Assembly (NCBI GenBank): GCA_001724265.1
Contig: MEDY01000131.1
Span: forward strand, 1 to 64,000
Reading direction: 5' to 3'
Length of the DNA: 64,000 bases
DNA from: Rhizaria sp. SCN 62-66
Lineage: Eukaryota
In this document: one piece after another, positions 36,383 through 48,800 of the stretch
Numbering within the stretch: the stretch's first letter is position 1
Layout of the letters: every line of letters begins with the position of its first letter
Translations under genes and position numbers: made by a program
The notes under the pieces: generated by a model
Seen by the model: the letters and a program-made list of their open reading frames with translations, nothing else
What the model was told of the DNA's origin: nothing
Database searches by the model: none

Positions 36383-38390
36383 GCTGCTCCCTTTGCATCG
36401 CGGCAACGGCGGCAGCGACGGCGGCTGCGGCGGCCTCGGCTGCGGCGGACGCGACCAGCGATTGCAGCTCTCTCTTGGTCACCACAGTCACATCGTCACC
36501 CTGCGAATCGCCGATAGCACTGCCCTGGTCGTCGGTGGCGTCGAGGTCGCTGCTGTCGGTGAACATGGGCTTCGACTGCAGCGCCTGCTGCTTTGCCGCC
36601 GCAGAGCGATCGTGAGCAGGCGTGCGCTGACTGTGCGGACCGGCCTTCGAGTGACTGTGCACAGCATTAACAGCATTTGCAGCATTGGCAGCGGAAGCAG
36701 CATTTGCAGCATGAGCAACAGCGACAGCGGCAGTGGGGCGTGTGGCGACGGGAGGGCGCGTGCCAGCCAGCACAGCGGTGATCTCGAGGGGGGGCAATAT
36801 CGCACTCGCAGTCACGTCTACAGTCTGCGTCTCATCGACGATGCCGACATCGCCGTTGTCATCGTCGTTGTAGCTTATGCCGACAGCACTGCTGAGGGGA
36901 GTGGCGATCGCGTTCGCGCTCTTATACCCACCACCACCAAACAACGCAGCCGAGGACGACGGCTGTGTAGGATTCACCTTGCTGACAGAGCTGTTGACGT
37001 TCACAGTAGGCACACGCTTCGGCGGCAGCGGCGGCGGCACCGTAACGCCAACACCGCGCACAGAGCCAGGAGCATGCTGATACTGAGCGGAAGCAGGCAC
37101 TGCAGCAGACGCGGACGCGGCCTTGCTCAGCGCGTTCGCGAGCGCTGCCGTGACAGGCGTCTGTGACGGCAGCGGCGCGGCAGCCGCGGCGGCGGCGCGC
37201 GCGATGGTGAGGTCGGCCTCGGCGATGCAGCGCTGGACGCTGGCGCAGAGGGAAGACACTTGCGACGCCAGCGGGGAGCCGAACACGCGGCTCGTGCTCG
37301 TAGCAGCGGCGGCGGGCGCGGGGGTCGCGGGGAGAGCAGCGATGTGACTTGCCTTCACAGTGGCAGTGGCAGTGTTAATGTCGGTGTGTGCGCTGCTAGG
37401 GTACGAGGTGTCGCACTGCGGCAGCGGCAGGGCGAACGTACTATCGTCGAGGCCGTCGTTCTCTGCACTCGCGGAAGCAGCAACCACGGCAACAGGGGCA
37501 GTTGCCGTGCTGTTGTTGCTCAGATGCACCGCCGGAGCAGTGCTTGAGAACTTTTGCTGCTGAAGCTGTTCATGTTGGAGCTGTTGAGCGCGCTTTTGCT
37601 GCACGTAGGCCTGGTATTCGCGCGCAGCAATCTCGTCCTCTTCGCTATCTTCATCCTCGTCCTCGTCGCCGTTGTTGTTATTGTTGTTGAAGTTGTTGTT
37701 GTGCGCGTTCGTGTTGTTCGTGTTGTTGTGCGGGTCTTCGTCGTCAAAGTATCCTTCTGTGACCAGAAACGACTCAAAGTCAGCCGCAGCAGCCTCCTCC
37801 GCGTCCCGGCCCCTGTAAGCACTGCCCGCAGCAGTAATCGCGGCGTTAACGTGCGCGTTGGAGCTGGCCGTGCGTGTGCGCGTGCGAGCAGATGCAGGTG
37901 TCGGCGCTGAAAATAACGGCAGCTGCGCCGTGTCATTCAACGCGCTCGCACTCGCACTCACACTCGCACTGCTTGTAGATGCAGGCGCAGCCGCAGCGGC
38001 AGCGGGCGGCGGTGGAGGCGGGCTGTCGCGGATCAGCGTTGCAACAGCGAACTGATCCATCGCAGCGCGCGCGCGCGTCGAGTGGTTCACAGCGGAGAAC
38101 GCACTTGAGGCGTCTTTGCCGGCAAACTCGTGCACGATGTACGCACCGCCAGGGTGCAAAAACGCAAAGACAGAGAGATCATAGACGATGCCATCGATCG
38201 CCACGAGCAGCGGCTGCGCGGCAGCGAGGTCGTCGTTGCCCAAGTCTGCAAGCCAGCTGCGCAGTGTGGCCGGAGGCGGCGGGCTGTCGTGGGCCGCGAA
38301 ATGGGCGTCAGCGAGGCCAGAGATGGCCGAGACGCGGGCGTGCGCGGAGGACTCAGTGAGTTGGTAGCCGCGCAGGGTCGACCACAGCAT
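33225..38390 (-). CDS. cytochrome b5-like heme-binding domain protein with long disordered tail; 1721 aa if two in-frame TAGs (36369-36371, 33471-33473) are sense codons
   Basis: LLVAIDGIVYDLSVFAFLHPGGAYIVHEFAGKDASSAFSAVNHS (HPGG and the second His are present). ORFs 36369..38390, 33471..36302 and 33225..33413 are all in one frame, separated only by TAG codons; TAA at 33225-33227 is followed by an AT-rich spacer. Confidence 0.8.
36339..36386 (-). repeat. polyglutamine trinucleotide tract CAG5-TAG-CAG10
   Basis: The plus strand reads (CTG)10 CTA (CTG)5. Confidence 0.95.
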
Positions 38391-39065
38391 CGGCGGCAGG
38401 GCACGCGCTGGGCGTGTGGGGTTGGAGTAGAAGATAACAAGGGCGATGGGTGAGAATGAGGCACTATAACTAAATAGGCGATTATATCAGTAAAGGGAGT
38501 CGTCGGTAGGGATATGGTCAAGTTAGAAGGCACACGCAAAGACTGCTTCCGTTATACGTACGCTCTTGTGGAGTTGACATTGCAGGGAAGGCGAGCAGAC
38601 GCACTCGGATGCGCTGGATGGAAGAAGGTGGCGGTGCGAAAGAGTGTGGTTCCTACGAGCAAGTGTAGCAGTACACACAGGTAGATTTAAGAATTGAAAT
38701 TGAAAGTTAGAGTATTTTAACTAGTACTGTTGTCAAATATGCCAGTACACGCGACTTTGACGACGGTAAGCTGTCGTGGTTTATATTTCAATTCAAACTC
38801 AAATCGAGCGCCAGCCATGAGCCAGCCGACCGCCACCGAGGTGCATCCAGTGTAATGTACTATTTATAAAGTTGTCAAAAGGCACAAAGATCCCATCAAC
38901 GACACAAGCCGGATGAGAAAGCAAACAAAATAATATATTTATTGATCATATATATCCATCACGCACTCCGATATGCATTTACAGCAGAATATCCGGTGCC
39001 ACTGGCCCTGCGTACGTTTCTTGAGACATCAAAGCGACTTAACCCTTATACCGCAAGCGCAGCAC

Positions 39066-42000
39066 TCAAAACTCCTCCGCGGCGGCAGCCTGGTGCTTCG
39101 CGAGCTCAAGCAGCATCGCCTCGTCGAAATAGCTCGCGACGGCCACATCCTCCGACAGCCCCTTGCGGCGGCGCGTCTTCAGCATGAAATCCCTCGCCAG
39201 CGCCTGTGTCGGTGCGACTTCCAGTGGCTTAAGCGCGATGCTCTTGTCCAGCGGGTCCCCGGGCACGACGCCCCAGTGATCGAACGTGCTCTGACAGAAC
39301 GCCATGCCGTGCGTGAGCGTGCGCAGGTCCGTCTCAAACCCGAACGACTCGATCTGCGGCATCGTCGCCTCGGTCACCACCAGCGGCGTGCCGGGCAACG
39401 GCCGAGTGCTCAGCACGCGCCCGCGGCGGTAGCCCAGGATGCGCTGCGCCTCGCCCGCACAGTCGGCCGGCGAGATGATCTGCGTCAACAGCACTGGCTC
39501 CATCAGCCGCGGCGTTGCCAGCAGGAACGTCGAAAATGTCAACCGCTGCATCGTCGGCATCACCTGCGGGCGCGATCGCAGCACGGGCTCTGCGGCGACC
39601 GCGGCGTCGACGAGTTTCACGCGGACGCCGCGCACGGGCTCGCCGCACAGTGGACCCTCACCCATCGCCCACTGGAAGCCGTCGACGAGCGCGTCGCGCA
39701 CGCCGCCGAGCGCTTTCTTGTCGACTTCACTCGGCAAAGTGTCGTCGCAGAGGATGTTCGGCCCGTCGGCGTCGGGGCCAAACGCCCACACGGAGCGCGC
39801 GGCCAGCGTGTCCCACTGGTACTTGTTCTGGAAAAACTCCTGCAGCGCGCGCGCGTTGCCCGGCTCGCCGGGACTACACCGCACCGCACCGAGCTCGATG
39901 TCCTCCGCGAGTCCCTTGTCGAGCGGCTCGGCCACGGCGGCAAACCGGCTCGCGCGGTTGCGCGTCTCGGCAAAGCACTTGACGGCGGAGGACTCGGCCA
40001 CGGACTCTGTGAAGCGGACGCCAGGGTCCGAAACCTTGACCTCGATTTTGGCGTAGTTGTTGCGCAGATCGTGCAGCACGCTCTCCATCTCCAGCTCACC
40101 GCTGGCAAAGATGACGTGCTCGCCCGACTCGAGCGTCTTGGTCTCGACCAGCGGGTAACACTTGCTCACCTTGCGCAGCCCTTCGAGCAGCTTCGGCAGC
40201 TCCGCGGGGACGAGCGGCTCGACAGCGACACGCATGCCCGCAGTCGTCGCGCACTGGAGAGGACGGAAGACGCGGACGTCGGAGCCCGCGGTGTCGAGCG
40301 CGACGACTGTGGCAGTCTTGCCCACGCCCGCGTCGATGCCCTCGACAAGAACCCAGTTGCCTGCGGTTGCACGGTTCACCTCGACGCGGTACCGGCCAGC
40401 CTGAAACAAAAATATCGATATATCCCATATTATAAAAAGAATTAGAAAATTGAAATCAAGATATAATTGTAGATTGCTAAATACAACCGAAAATTCAAAA
40501 TACACACCATTTCTATCTCGAATAAATACATATTTACTCATGTTCGTACCTGGTAGACCCAGAGGCGGCCGACCTCCTGCACGGTCATATCTTCCTCATC
40601 CGCGGGGGAATAACGCGGACCGAGCACGCGCACGCGGTCGCCCACGCGCACCGTGCCGGACATAACGCGGCAGAACGTGTCAAAGCGTGCGCCGTCACCG
40701 CGCGGAAAGGACTTGAGCGCTTGCAGCACTAGCACGGCCTTGGGGTCGCACGCAAGCATTCCCACAGCGGCCGGGGATGTAAGTGCGCCCGTGTAGCCGC
40801 GGCGCACGCGCTCAGCGGCCGCGGCAACGGGCGTGGGAACGCACCGCGTGAGAGCCTCGCACAGTGCGGCGCACGAATCCGAGAAGTACCTCCGCAGCAC
40901 GAGGCGCAGCAGCGGCTTGACATCGAGCTTGAGCTCTGCCTTGGACAGCGCGACGCCCAGCTCACCGCACAGCGCCGCAAGCGCGGGAAGGTCCGCCGCG
41001 AGCGTGTGCGCGTAGATCTTGTACAGCGGTTCGAGCACAAGCTGGATGAACGTGCGCGGCGCCGTCGCCGTCTCGGGCTTGGTGGCGAAACTGCGGTCGC
41101 TGTTCATGTACACGTTGCCCCACAGACGCAGCGCGAGGCGCTCGGGCGGGAACGCCGCCGCGGCGCCGTGCGCAGTGGCGTAGTAGCGCGCGAAGGACTG
41201 TACTGAAAAAACCCAGCCGTGGAGCGCGGAAGCGAAAAGCACGTTGCCCTTCTCCGGGGACAGGCGTTGCGCCACGGGGTCGCCACCGGCGTCGATGACG
41301 GCCGCGTTGACCTCGGCCAGCACGCGCGCAAGCTTGTGGTACGCGTCGGTGGGTGGGAGACGCAGCTCGAGAATGAGCCGGTCGATCTTGGTGATGCAGA
41401 GCACGAGTGGGAGCCCGTCACGCAGAGCCTGCGCGATGACTTTTTCTGTACCCATGACTACGCCCTCGACGGCGTCGACAACGAGAAGCACGCCGTCCGC
41501 GAGCCGCAGCGCCGCGGTGGCCTCGGCGGAGAGATTGACGTGGCCCGGTGCGTCGGCGAGATTCAGCAGGTGCGATTTCCCGCTGAGATCGGGGATTACT
41601 AAGGAAATCGGCGCCGTTTTGAGCGACATCTCGCGCGCCTGCTCATCCGCGCGCGAGTCCGTAAAGCGCGCAGGACGGTCGAGCGGCCAGTCGCGGAAGT
41701 GCGTGTCCTGCACAAGCACGTCGAGCAGCGACGTCTTACCGTGGCCCAAGTGGCCGACAACGGCGACGTTGCGCGTGAAGCGCGGGTGGTCCATGAGCCC
41801 CGTGAGGTACTTGAGGTCGAACGACGTGCGCGGGGGCGCGGAGTCCGCGGCCGCGTCGGCGTAGAGCGAGCGGCCCTTGACCGGGTCGATGATCGGCTTG
41901 TCCAGCGGCTGTGTGTCCTCTTCCTGAACGAGGACTTCGACGTTGGGGTAGACTTCCTCCGCGGAGGCGTAGTACTCCTTGTCCTCAGAGAGCACCACGG

Positions 42001-42581
42001 AGCGGCCGCGCGTGGGGTCGAAATCCACCACAGCGCGGTCCAGAGACATCGTAGGCGCCGCGCGGGGCTCGTTTTCGGCCTCGGCGGCGTCGGTGTCGTC
42101 GGTCATGGCAGCGGCCGCGGCGGGGGCGGCAGGGGCCTCGACGGAGGTGCCGTAGAGGTCGTCCTGGGGGGCGAAATAAGGCGCGAGGTGGATCGTTAGC
42201 AATAAAAAGAGACGCACATATGCGTAAGGTCATATACAAAGTCTATTCAAGCATGGGCGAGTGTGGGCAGGAAAGGGCGCAGATCTCGCGCAGTGAACAG
42301 TGCGGGGGAGTGGCGGCTTTGTTCAAGCTCGCGTTTCGGGGAGCAGACGTACCTCGTCATCATCCTCGTAGCCGTAGCCGGCGCCAGCGGTGTCGGCTTC
42401 CTCATCAAGGTCGGGGCCAATGTAGTTGCCGAACTGTGAAGGACAGAACAGATGCAGGAACGAGAGCAGGGTGGAGTGAGCAAGTTATGCGGGGAAAGTG
42501 AGGTCAGGATGGGTCTCTGATTGGGGTCATCATTGGGTTTGGATAAGAAATACGTACCTCGTCATAAAGTTCAGAGTCCAT
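39066..42581 (-). CDS. EFTUD2: U5 snRNP 116-kDa GTPase EFTUD2/Snu114 (~1017 aa)
   Basis: Exons 42581-42558 (MDSELYDE), 42433-42353 (FGNYIGPDL...), 42163-40550, 40400-39066; introns 42557-42434, 42352-42164, 40549-40401. Motifs VVLSEDKEYY, QEEDTQPL, GHLGHGKT, DAPGHVN, TKIDRLILELRLPP, WDTLAARSVWAFGPD, ESFGFETDLR, KTRRRKGL; stop TGA. Confidence 0.97.
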
Positions 42582-42857
42582 TCTGCTTAGACACAATATA
42601 CAATTTCAAACCGTCGGTTATTGGTGTCGCGAAGCTCACAAGTTTAAAGCGCTGACTTCGTCAACTTCTCAGACGATCCTAATGCATTGCTCGCTCTCTT
42701 CGCCCATCTGCTCACGGTCACAAGTCGGTATCATGGCTTTCAGAGCAGATTTTAGATGTGTATTCATAGTGGTTTTGAAAATAAGCTAGGTTTTCACATT
42801 TTCACACAAGTTTTATGTACATATCAAATTGATACTAGCTCGAATCTTGTAGTCTCA

Positions 42858-45800
42858 TTAGATTCCGAACCCGAAGAAGGGCCTCGCGCCGCCTCCATTG
42901 GTCCCTGCCGCAGCATCCGCAGCACTGTGGTTAGTCGCGTCTGCCCCCGCCCCACCGGCGTCCGGCGCGTCTCTCAACAGCACGTAGTCGAGCACTTCGC
43001 GGACCACCTCGTCGCCCTCGGCCTCGAGCGCAGCGATCACACCCTCGCCGGCCTCGAGCAGCCTCTGTGACTGCAGTGCGCCGCCATTGCCGCTGCCGTG
43101 GTTGCCGCGGTTGTCGTTGTTGTTGTTGCTCGCGCCGGTGCCCGAGGCGTGCGCGCCCGCGGCAGCCGTAGCGCTGACAACGAGCCTGTCGCGCGTGAAC
43201 GCGATCTGCCACGTCGCGACGCCGGGCTGCGCCTCCATCGCCGCGGCACCGAATCCGCCAGCGGGGCTCACATTGCTCGCGCCGGCGACAGCGGCGACGG
43301 CCGCGGCGGACGAGGCGGCGGCGGACGCGGCGGCCTCCTCGCCCGCGCTCGCGCCGACGGCCCGGGCCAGCTCCACCGCCGCGGCGGCCGCGGCGGAGGC
43401 GGCGGCGGCCGCAGCGGCCTCCGCATCTGCGCGCGCGCGCGCGGCGGCCTCCCGGTCAGACGTCGGCGGCGGCGGCGGCTGTTCATTGTCGCCGCCGGCG
43501 TCCAGGTCGAACCCGGTGTTGGCGAGCCCCGTGGCGTCAATCTCAACCAGGATCGCGCTGCAGCCGATCTCGACGACGTCGCCATGGCGCAGACGGCGGC
43601 GCAGGGCCTGTTCGCCGTTGACGCGAGAGCCTGAGGTGGAGCCGAGGTCGATGAACCACAGCTCGCGCCCGCGCCATTCGACGCGAGCGTGCGAGCGGGA
43701 CACGCGGCCGTCCTCCAGCACGAAGATGTTCGCTAAATAGAGTTAAATAGTTAAAACAAGATATTACGCATGCGAGTTAGTGCGACCGTTGACAAAAAAA
43801 ATATTACAATTGAGACATCTCGATATTCGTTCAGTTCATTACAACTCATTAATGTCTCTTAGAGCACTCATTTACGTACATTTCTCGCGGCCTAGAGTGA
43901 CGAGCGGCATCCCACGCGTCATGACAAAGACCTGCGTCAAGTGCGGCACGTCGACCTGTCGCGCAGTAAGCCGCACCCGTGCCAACGGGCCAAGCGGCTC
44001 GTGTGGCAGCGGTCGCAGTCCCCCGCGCACAGGCTCGCTGTTGAAGGCGTGGTCCGCCGCCGCCGCTGCCGCACTGGCACTGGCGCCGGCGTTGGCGCTA
44101 AGGCTGCTGGCGTTCAAGCCACCGCGCGCCGTCGACGGGAACGCGTCGTCGTCGTCCTGATCGCTCGCTAGCGGTTGCTGCTGCTGTTGCTGCTGCTGAG
44201 GCTGCGCGCCGTTCGCGCCGCTGGTGCCGGAGTAAGACGGGATAGCGTCCGAGAGAGGGGAGACGGGGGACCACGTCTGCGCAGGCGTGCCTGCGGGCGG
44301 GGCGGTGTTCAAAGTCAAGCCGCCGATCCCGCCAGCAGCGCGAGACGGCGTCACAGTCACGGGCTGCTGCTGTTGTTGCTGTTGCTGTTGCTGCTGAGCG
44401 GCGAAGAGAGCGGAGAGGACAGCGCCGGCCGTGGCAGTGTTGGCGCAGTAGCCGAACAGAGCCACAGCGGCCCGGGCGCGCGCGTCACCAATTGCAGGAC
44501 CAAAAAAGTCTTGGTCGACCGAGTCGTACTCGTCGTCGTCCTGGCCGCCGCAACTGTGCACCCCGAAACCGCCACTGCCAACACTCCCAACGGCACCTCC
44601 AAAGTTGCCCCAGAAGGTCGGCATCTTGGGCGCCTGCGTCGCTGCCATAGTCGCACCTGCGTTGCCGTCGGTGCTGCTGGCTGAGTCTGAGACCGTCATG
44701 AAGTCAGACGCCGACGCCGCCGCGTGGTCGCCACTCCCGCCGCCGCCGCCGCCGCCGCTGCGGTGGTGTCCGCTCACTGTGCTCCCGCCGCCTCCGCCGT
44801 GCGCGCCGGGGGACGGCGTGGCCGGTGGCGTCGCGAAGGGCGTCGACACCGCGCTCGCGAGCTGCGCCGCGCCCGCGCGCAGCAGCGGCGTAAGCGCAAC
44901 AGGACTCGCCACAGCGGCCGTCACGCCGGACTCTGACTCGGGGTTCGAGTCGGCGGTGGGGCTTGTCACAGCACTCCGGTCAGACGCCGTTGACGCCGCG
45001 GCCGCCATCACGGTCACCGTCACTGCCGTCGTCGCAGTGGCCGTGACGGCGGTGGCGGTGGCGATGCCTGTCGTGCGTGTAGCTGCTGTTGGCGTTGCGA
45101 ACACACGGCCACTGGACCCGGGCGCCGGGGTCAGAGTCAGCACTCCACCAACTGCACCGCTGGGCTTGCCGTTGTTGCCGCTGCTGCTAGCCTCTGAAGG
45201 CGCCGCTGAACTGGCGCCGGCGGCCGTGGCGGCTGCAGCGGCGGCCGCAGCGGCGTAGGTCGCGGTGGGGTTGACAGCGGCGCCGAGCCACGCGACGAAC
45301 TGCCGTTGTAGCCGCATAAACACGATGTCGGCGACGGGGATGAACATGCTCGTGTGCACATGCGGCGCGTGTGCATACGGCTGCAACGAGCACAAACACT
45401 CCGCGTTGGCGTCGTCGTCGTCGTACGCGTCGTCGTCGCAGCCATAACTGCCGCCGCCGCAGTCGCGGTCACCGTCAGCGCTCTTACGCTCGCTGCCCCC
45501 GCCCCTATGACTGCTGTTGTTGTTGTTGTTGCTGTTGTTGTTGGCGTACTGCCACTGGCGCTGTTGCAGCTGCTGGAAGCGCGTCACGAGCGCGGGCGGC
45601 GGCCGGTACAGCGGGTTCGCCTGCCCTGCCGCGGTGGCTTGTGCTGCGAGCGCGGCGCGGATCTGCGCCCGCAGCCGCGCCACAACACGCGGCGGCAGCC
45701 CCCACAGCGCGGTGCGCGCGGCCGGCGCGACGAACTCGCTGTACAGCGCCACAGCCGCCGCGGTCAGGTCCGCGGCGCCCGCGCGGCGGGAGGTGAAGTC

Positions 45801-48800
45801 GCGGTGCAGTGCGTAAAAGCGCAGCTCGGAGAAGAAGTTCGACGACAACGAGTAGATCGCCAATGCGTCGTCGCGCGTCACGGTCACCGGCAGCGTAATA
45901 GCCGGCTTCGAGTCGAGCGCATTCAAGCCAGCGACAACGAGAGCGGTGGAGCTCGAACCGTCGCTCTCAGGCGACACAGCAGTTACGGCGGCGGCGGCGT
46001 TTGATGCCGATTGTGGCAGCCAGACCGCCCGCCAGCGCTGCGTGGCCTGGTCAGTCGCTTTGAAGGGCCCGTTGTTGCTGACGATGATGAGATAGCGCAC
46101 AAAACGCGTCAGCAGCGGCTGCAGCGACACGCCCACGCCCGCGCCGGCGCCGCGCGCTGAGGCACCACCGGCGCCGCCGCCAGTGGCCGCGGCCGCCGCC
46201 GCCAGCGCGCGCGCGAGTGAGACCAGTGAGCCCTGCGGCTTCCACGCGCAACCCTTACTTAGCGCAGCCTGCGGACCCGGAATGGCAGGTGCGATGGGAG
46301 AGCCCTGTGCATGCGCGCTGCTGGCCGCCAAGGACGACAGCGGCGACGGAGACAGTGGGGACTGCGACGCCGACGCCATCTGCTGCTGCTGTTGCTGCTG
46401 TTGGTGGTGTAGCGACGCCGCGGCTGCGACTGTGAAGATCGCAGTCGCGGGACTCAGCAGCGCCGCCGCAGCCGCCGCCGAGGCCGTGGCAGCCGCAGCG
46501 GCGGCGGAAGACAACGACGACGTCGCCGCCGGATGGGTCAGCGCGGGCGTCAGCAGCGACTCAAACGTTGCGTACGCATCCATCACAGTCGCCACGCGTG
46601 CCAGTACTTCGTCCGGCGTCGGCGCGGTCGCAGCAGACGCCGCCGCGGCGGCGCCGGCAGCAGCACCACTGCCCGCGGCGCCTGCGCCAGTCAAAGGCGC
46701 GGGGCCGGCGAGGGTGTTGGCGGCCGCGGCGGGCGCGGCGGCGCGGTAGGCTCCCAGTCCGCAGTGCGCGCACTCGACGGGGACAGGGCCCGCGCGCGAG
46801 GCGGCGACGGCGCGCACGGCGCTGCGGGCGGCGCGGCGCGCGCAGCGGCACGGGCGAGCGGCGGCGCCGGCGGGGCGCGCGTCGCCGGGGCGGTAATGGC
46901 GCTCGGGCCGGTCGGGGCGCGGCGATAGCGCAGCGGCGGACAGATCAGAGTCGGGATCGCGCTGAGGCTGCGGCTGCAGCGGCTGCGGGGGCGGGGAGAC
47001 GATGAGGCCGCGGCGTGCGTCGGCGGCCGCGGCAGAGAGGCGCGAGGCCTGCATGTACCCGGCAGCGGAGCGCTCTTGCGGGGACAGCGGCGAGCGCGGC
47101 GACAAAGGCCCGCTGTAGGCGAGACTGTGGTGCGACCCTGCATGGAGCCGGCTGAACTCGGTGTCGGACTCGGTGTATGTTGACGTCGTCGTGGTCATCG
47201 TCGTCGACGTGGTTCTACGGCTGATGACGGTACCGTCACTATCGTCGCCGTCGGCAGCAGCGTCGAGTCTGTCGCTCTCGCCGTCGTCATCGTCGTCGTC
47301 GCTGTCGTCGCTGCTGTCAGATTCGCTGAGGCTAGAATCATCGCCGCCGCCGCCGCGGCCGCTGCCACACGCTGCGAAGTGACCGTGTGCGCCCCAACCG
47401 TCACCCACCGCACCATGGCAACAGCCACCGCCGGTGTTGCCGCCGGCCGGGATCAGCGAGGCGCTACCGCGGCCCGACGCGGGCGGGAGGGCCCAATCAC
47501 GCGCCGCCGCAGCCGCCGCGGCCGCCGAGGCTGCGTACACAGGTGGCATCGCCACCAGTGCGAGCATCGCGAAGATCGGTAGCGTCGGCGCTCTTTCCGC
47601 AGCAGCAGCATCGTCAGTGATAAAGCGGCTCACACTGGCCGGGCCTGCACTGCTGAGCTGAGACAGCGCAGGAGGGCTAGAGCCCTGAGGCAGTGCCAAG
47701 GTCTGCCCCGCGACCTGCGTTGCCGCAGCAGCCCTGCTCCCGCTGCCGCCTTGACCGCCACTGCTGTTGTTGTTGTTGTTGTTGTTGCTTTGTGTGCGAC
47801 TCTGCCTGTGGTCGAGGCTGTGGCTGAGGTCCGGTGCGAGCCAGCTGCGCACGATGCTGCCGATGCGCGCCAGCGGGCCGGCCGCCGCCGCCGCGGCCTG
47901 CGAGCTGGCCTCAGCCGCCGCGGCCGCCGCGGTCAGCGCCGCCGCGGCGCGCGTGCGATCAAACATGGGCAGCACGCGCGCGCGCGTCGCCGCAGTGGTC
48001 GCGGCGAAGGCGGCAGCGGCCACACGCCGGCGCTGGCGCCAGTCGACACCGCGCACGGCGTCCGGGCAAACAAAGCCGGGCACAGGCGCGGCCGCCACGG
48101 GGTCGGACCGCAAAAATGGGTCCAGTAGCGTAATGCGGCGACTCTTCAGCTGCTGCTGTTGACTGGTGTTGTTGCCGCTGCCACCGATATTGATTGCCAG
48201 TGACTCTGGCAGCGGCGACAGCGCATTTGGGGGACTCGCTGCGTTATCATAGCACAAAGCCTGCACGTTGGAGTTCATGTTAGTGATTGGGTTGTGGCCG
48301 TCAGTGTGGAGCGACACCCACACGTCAGTGCCGGCGGCCGCAGCGGGCACGACCGCGCCCGACTCGCGCGCCGCGGCGGCCACAGCGGGCGGCGGCTCGA
48401 CCGAGAGAAACGGCGCGTGTCCGCAAGCCAGAAGCGGCGGGATCGGGACGCTGGGCGCCGCGGAGGCAATGCGTGCCGCGGTCTCAGTGAGCACGGACAC
48501 CCACTCTGCCAACGCAACCTAAACAGCGCGAGTAAACCAAAAAAAAATAACAAAATAAAGAGCGAATGAGAGTAGTACAACAAATGAGTTTATGGTTTGG
48601 ACCGATACAGAGCTGATGAGAACGAATATTCCTAAATAACGTTAGTTCGATGCGTACCTGGTGTTTTGCGCGGAAGACCCACGCGCGCAGCGGCGTGCGC
48701 ACAGTGAATACTAGCTCTCCTCGCGCCAGTCCGCGCGCGTCGAGCTCCACGGCGGCGTGCCGCAGCAGCGCGAAGTCGGCGGGCGTCTTGGCGCGCGACG

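Noticed and set aside
38973-40445. 490-aa plus-strand ORF (and similar long ORFs such as 11732..13276, 14261..15748, 17294..18940, 35442..37166)
   Set aside because: Antisense shadows of GC-rich coding genes; no recognisable motifs.
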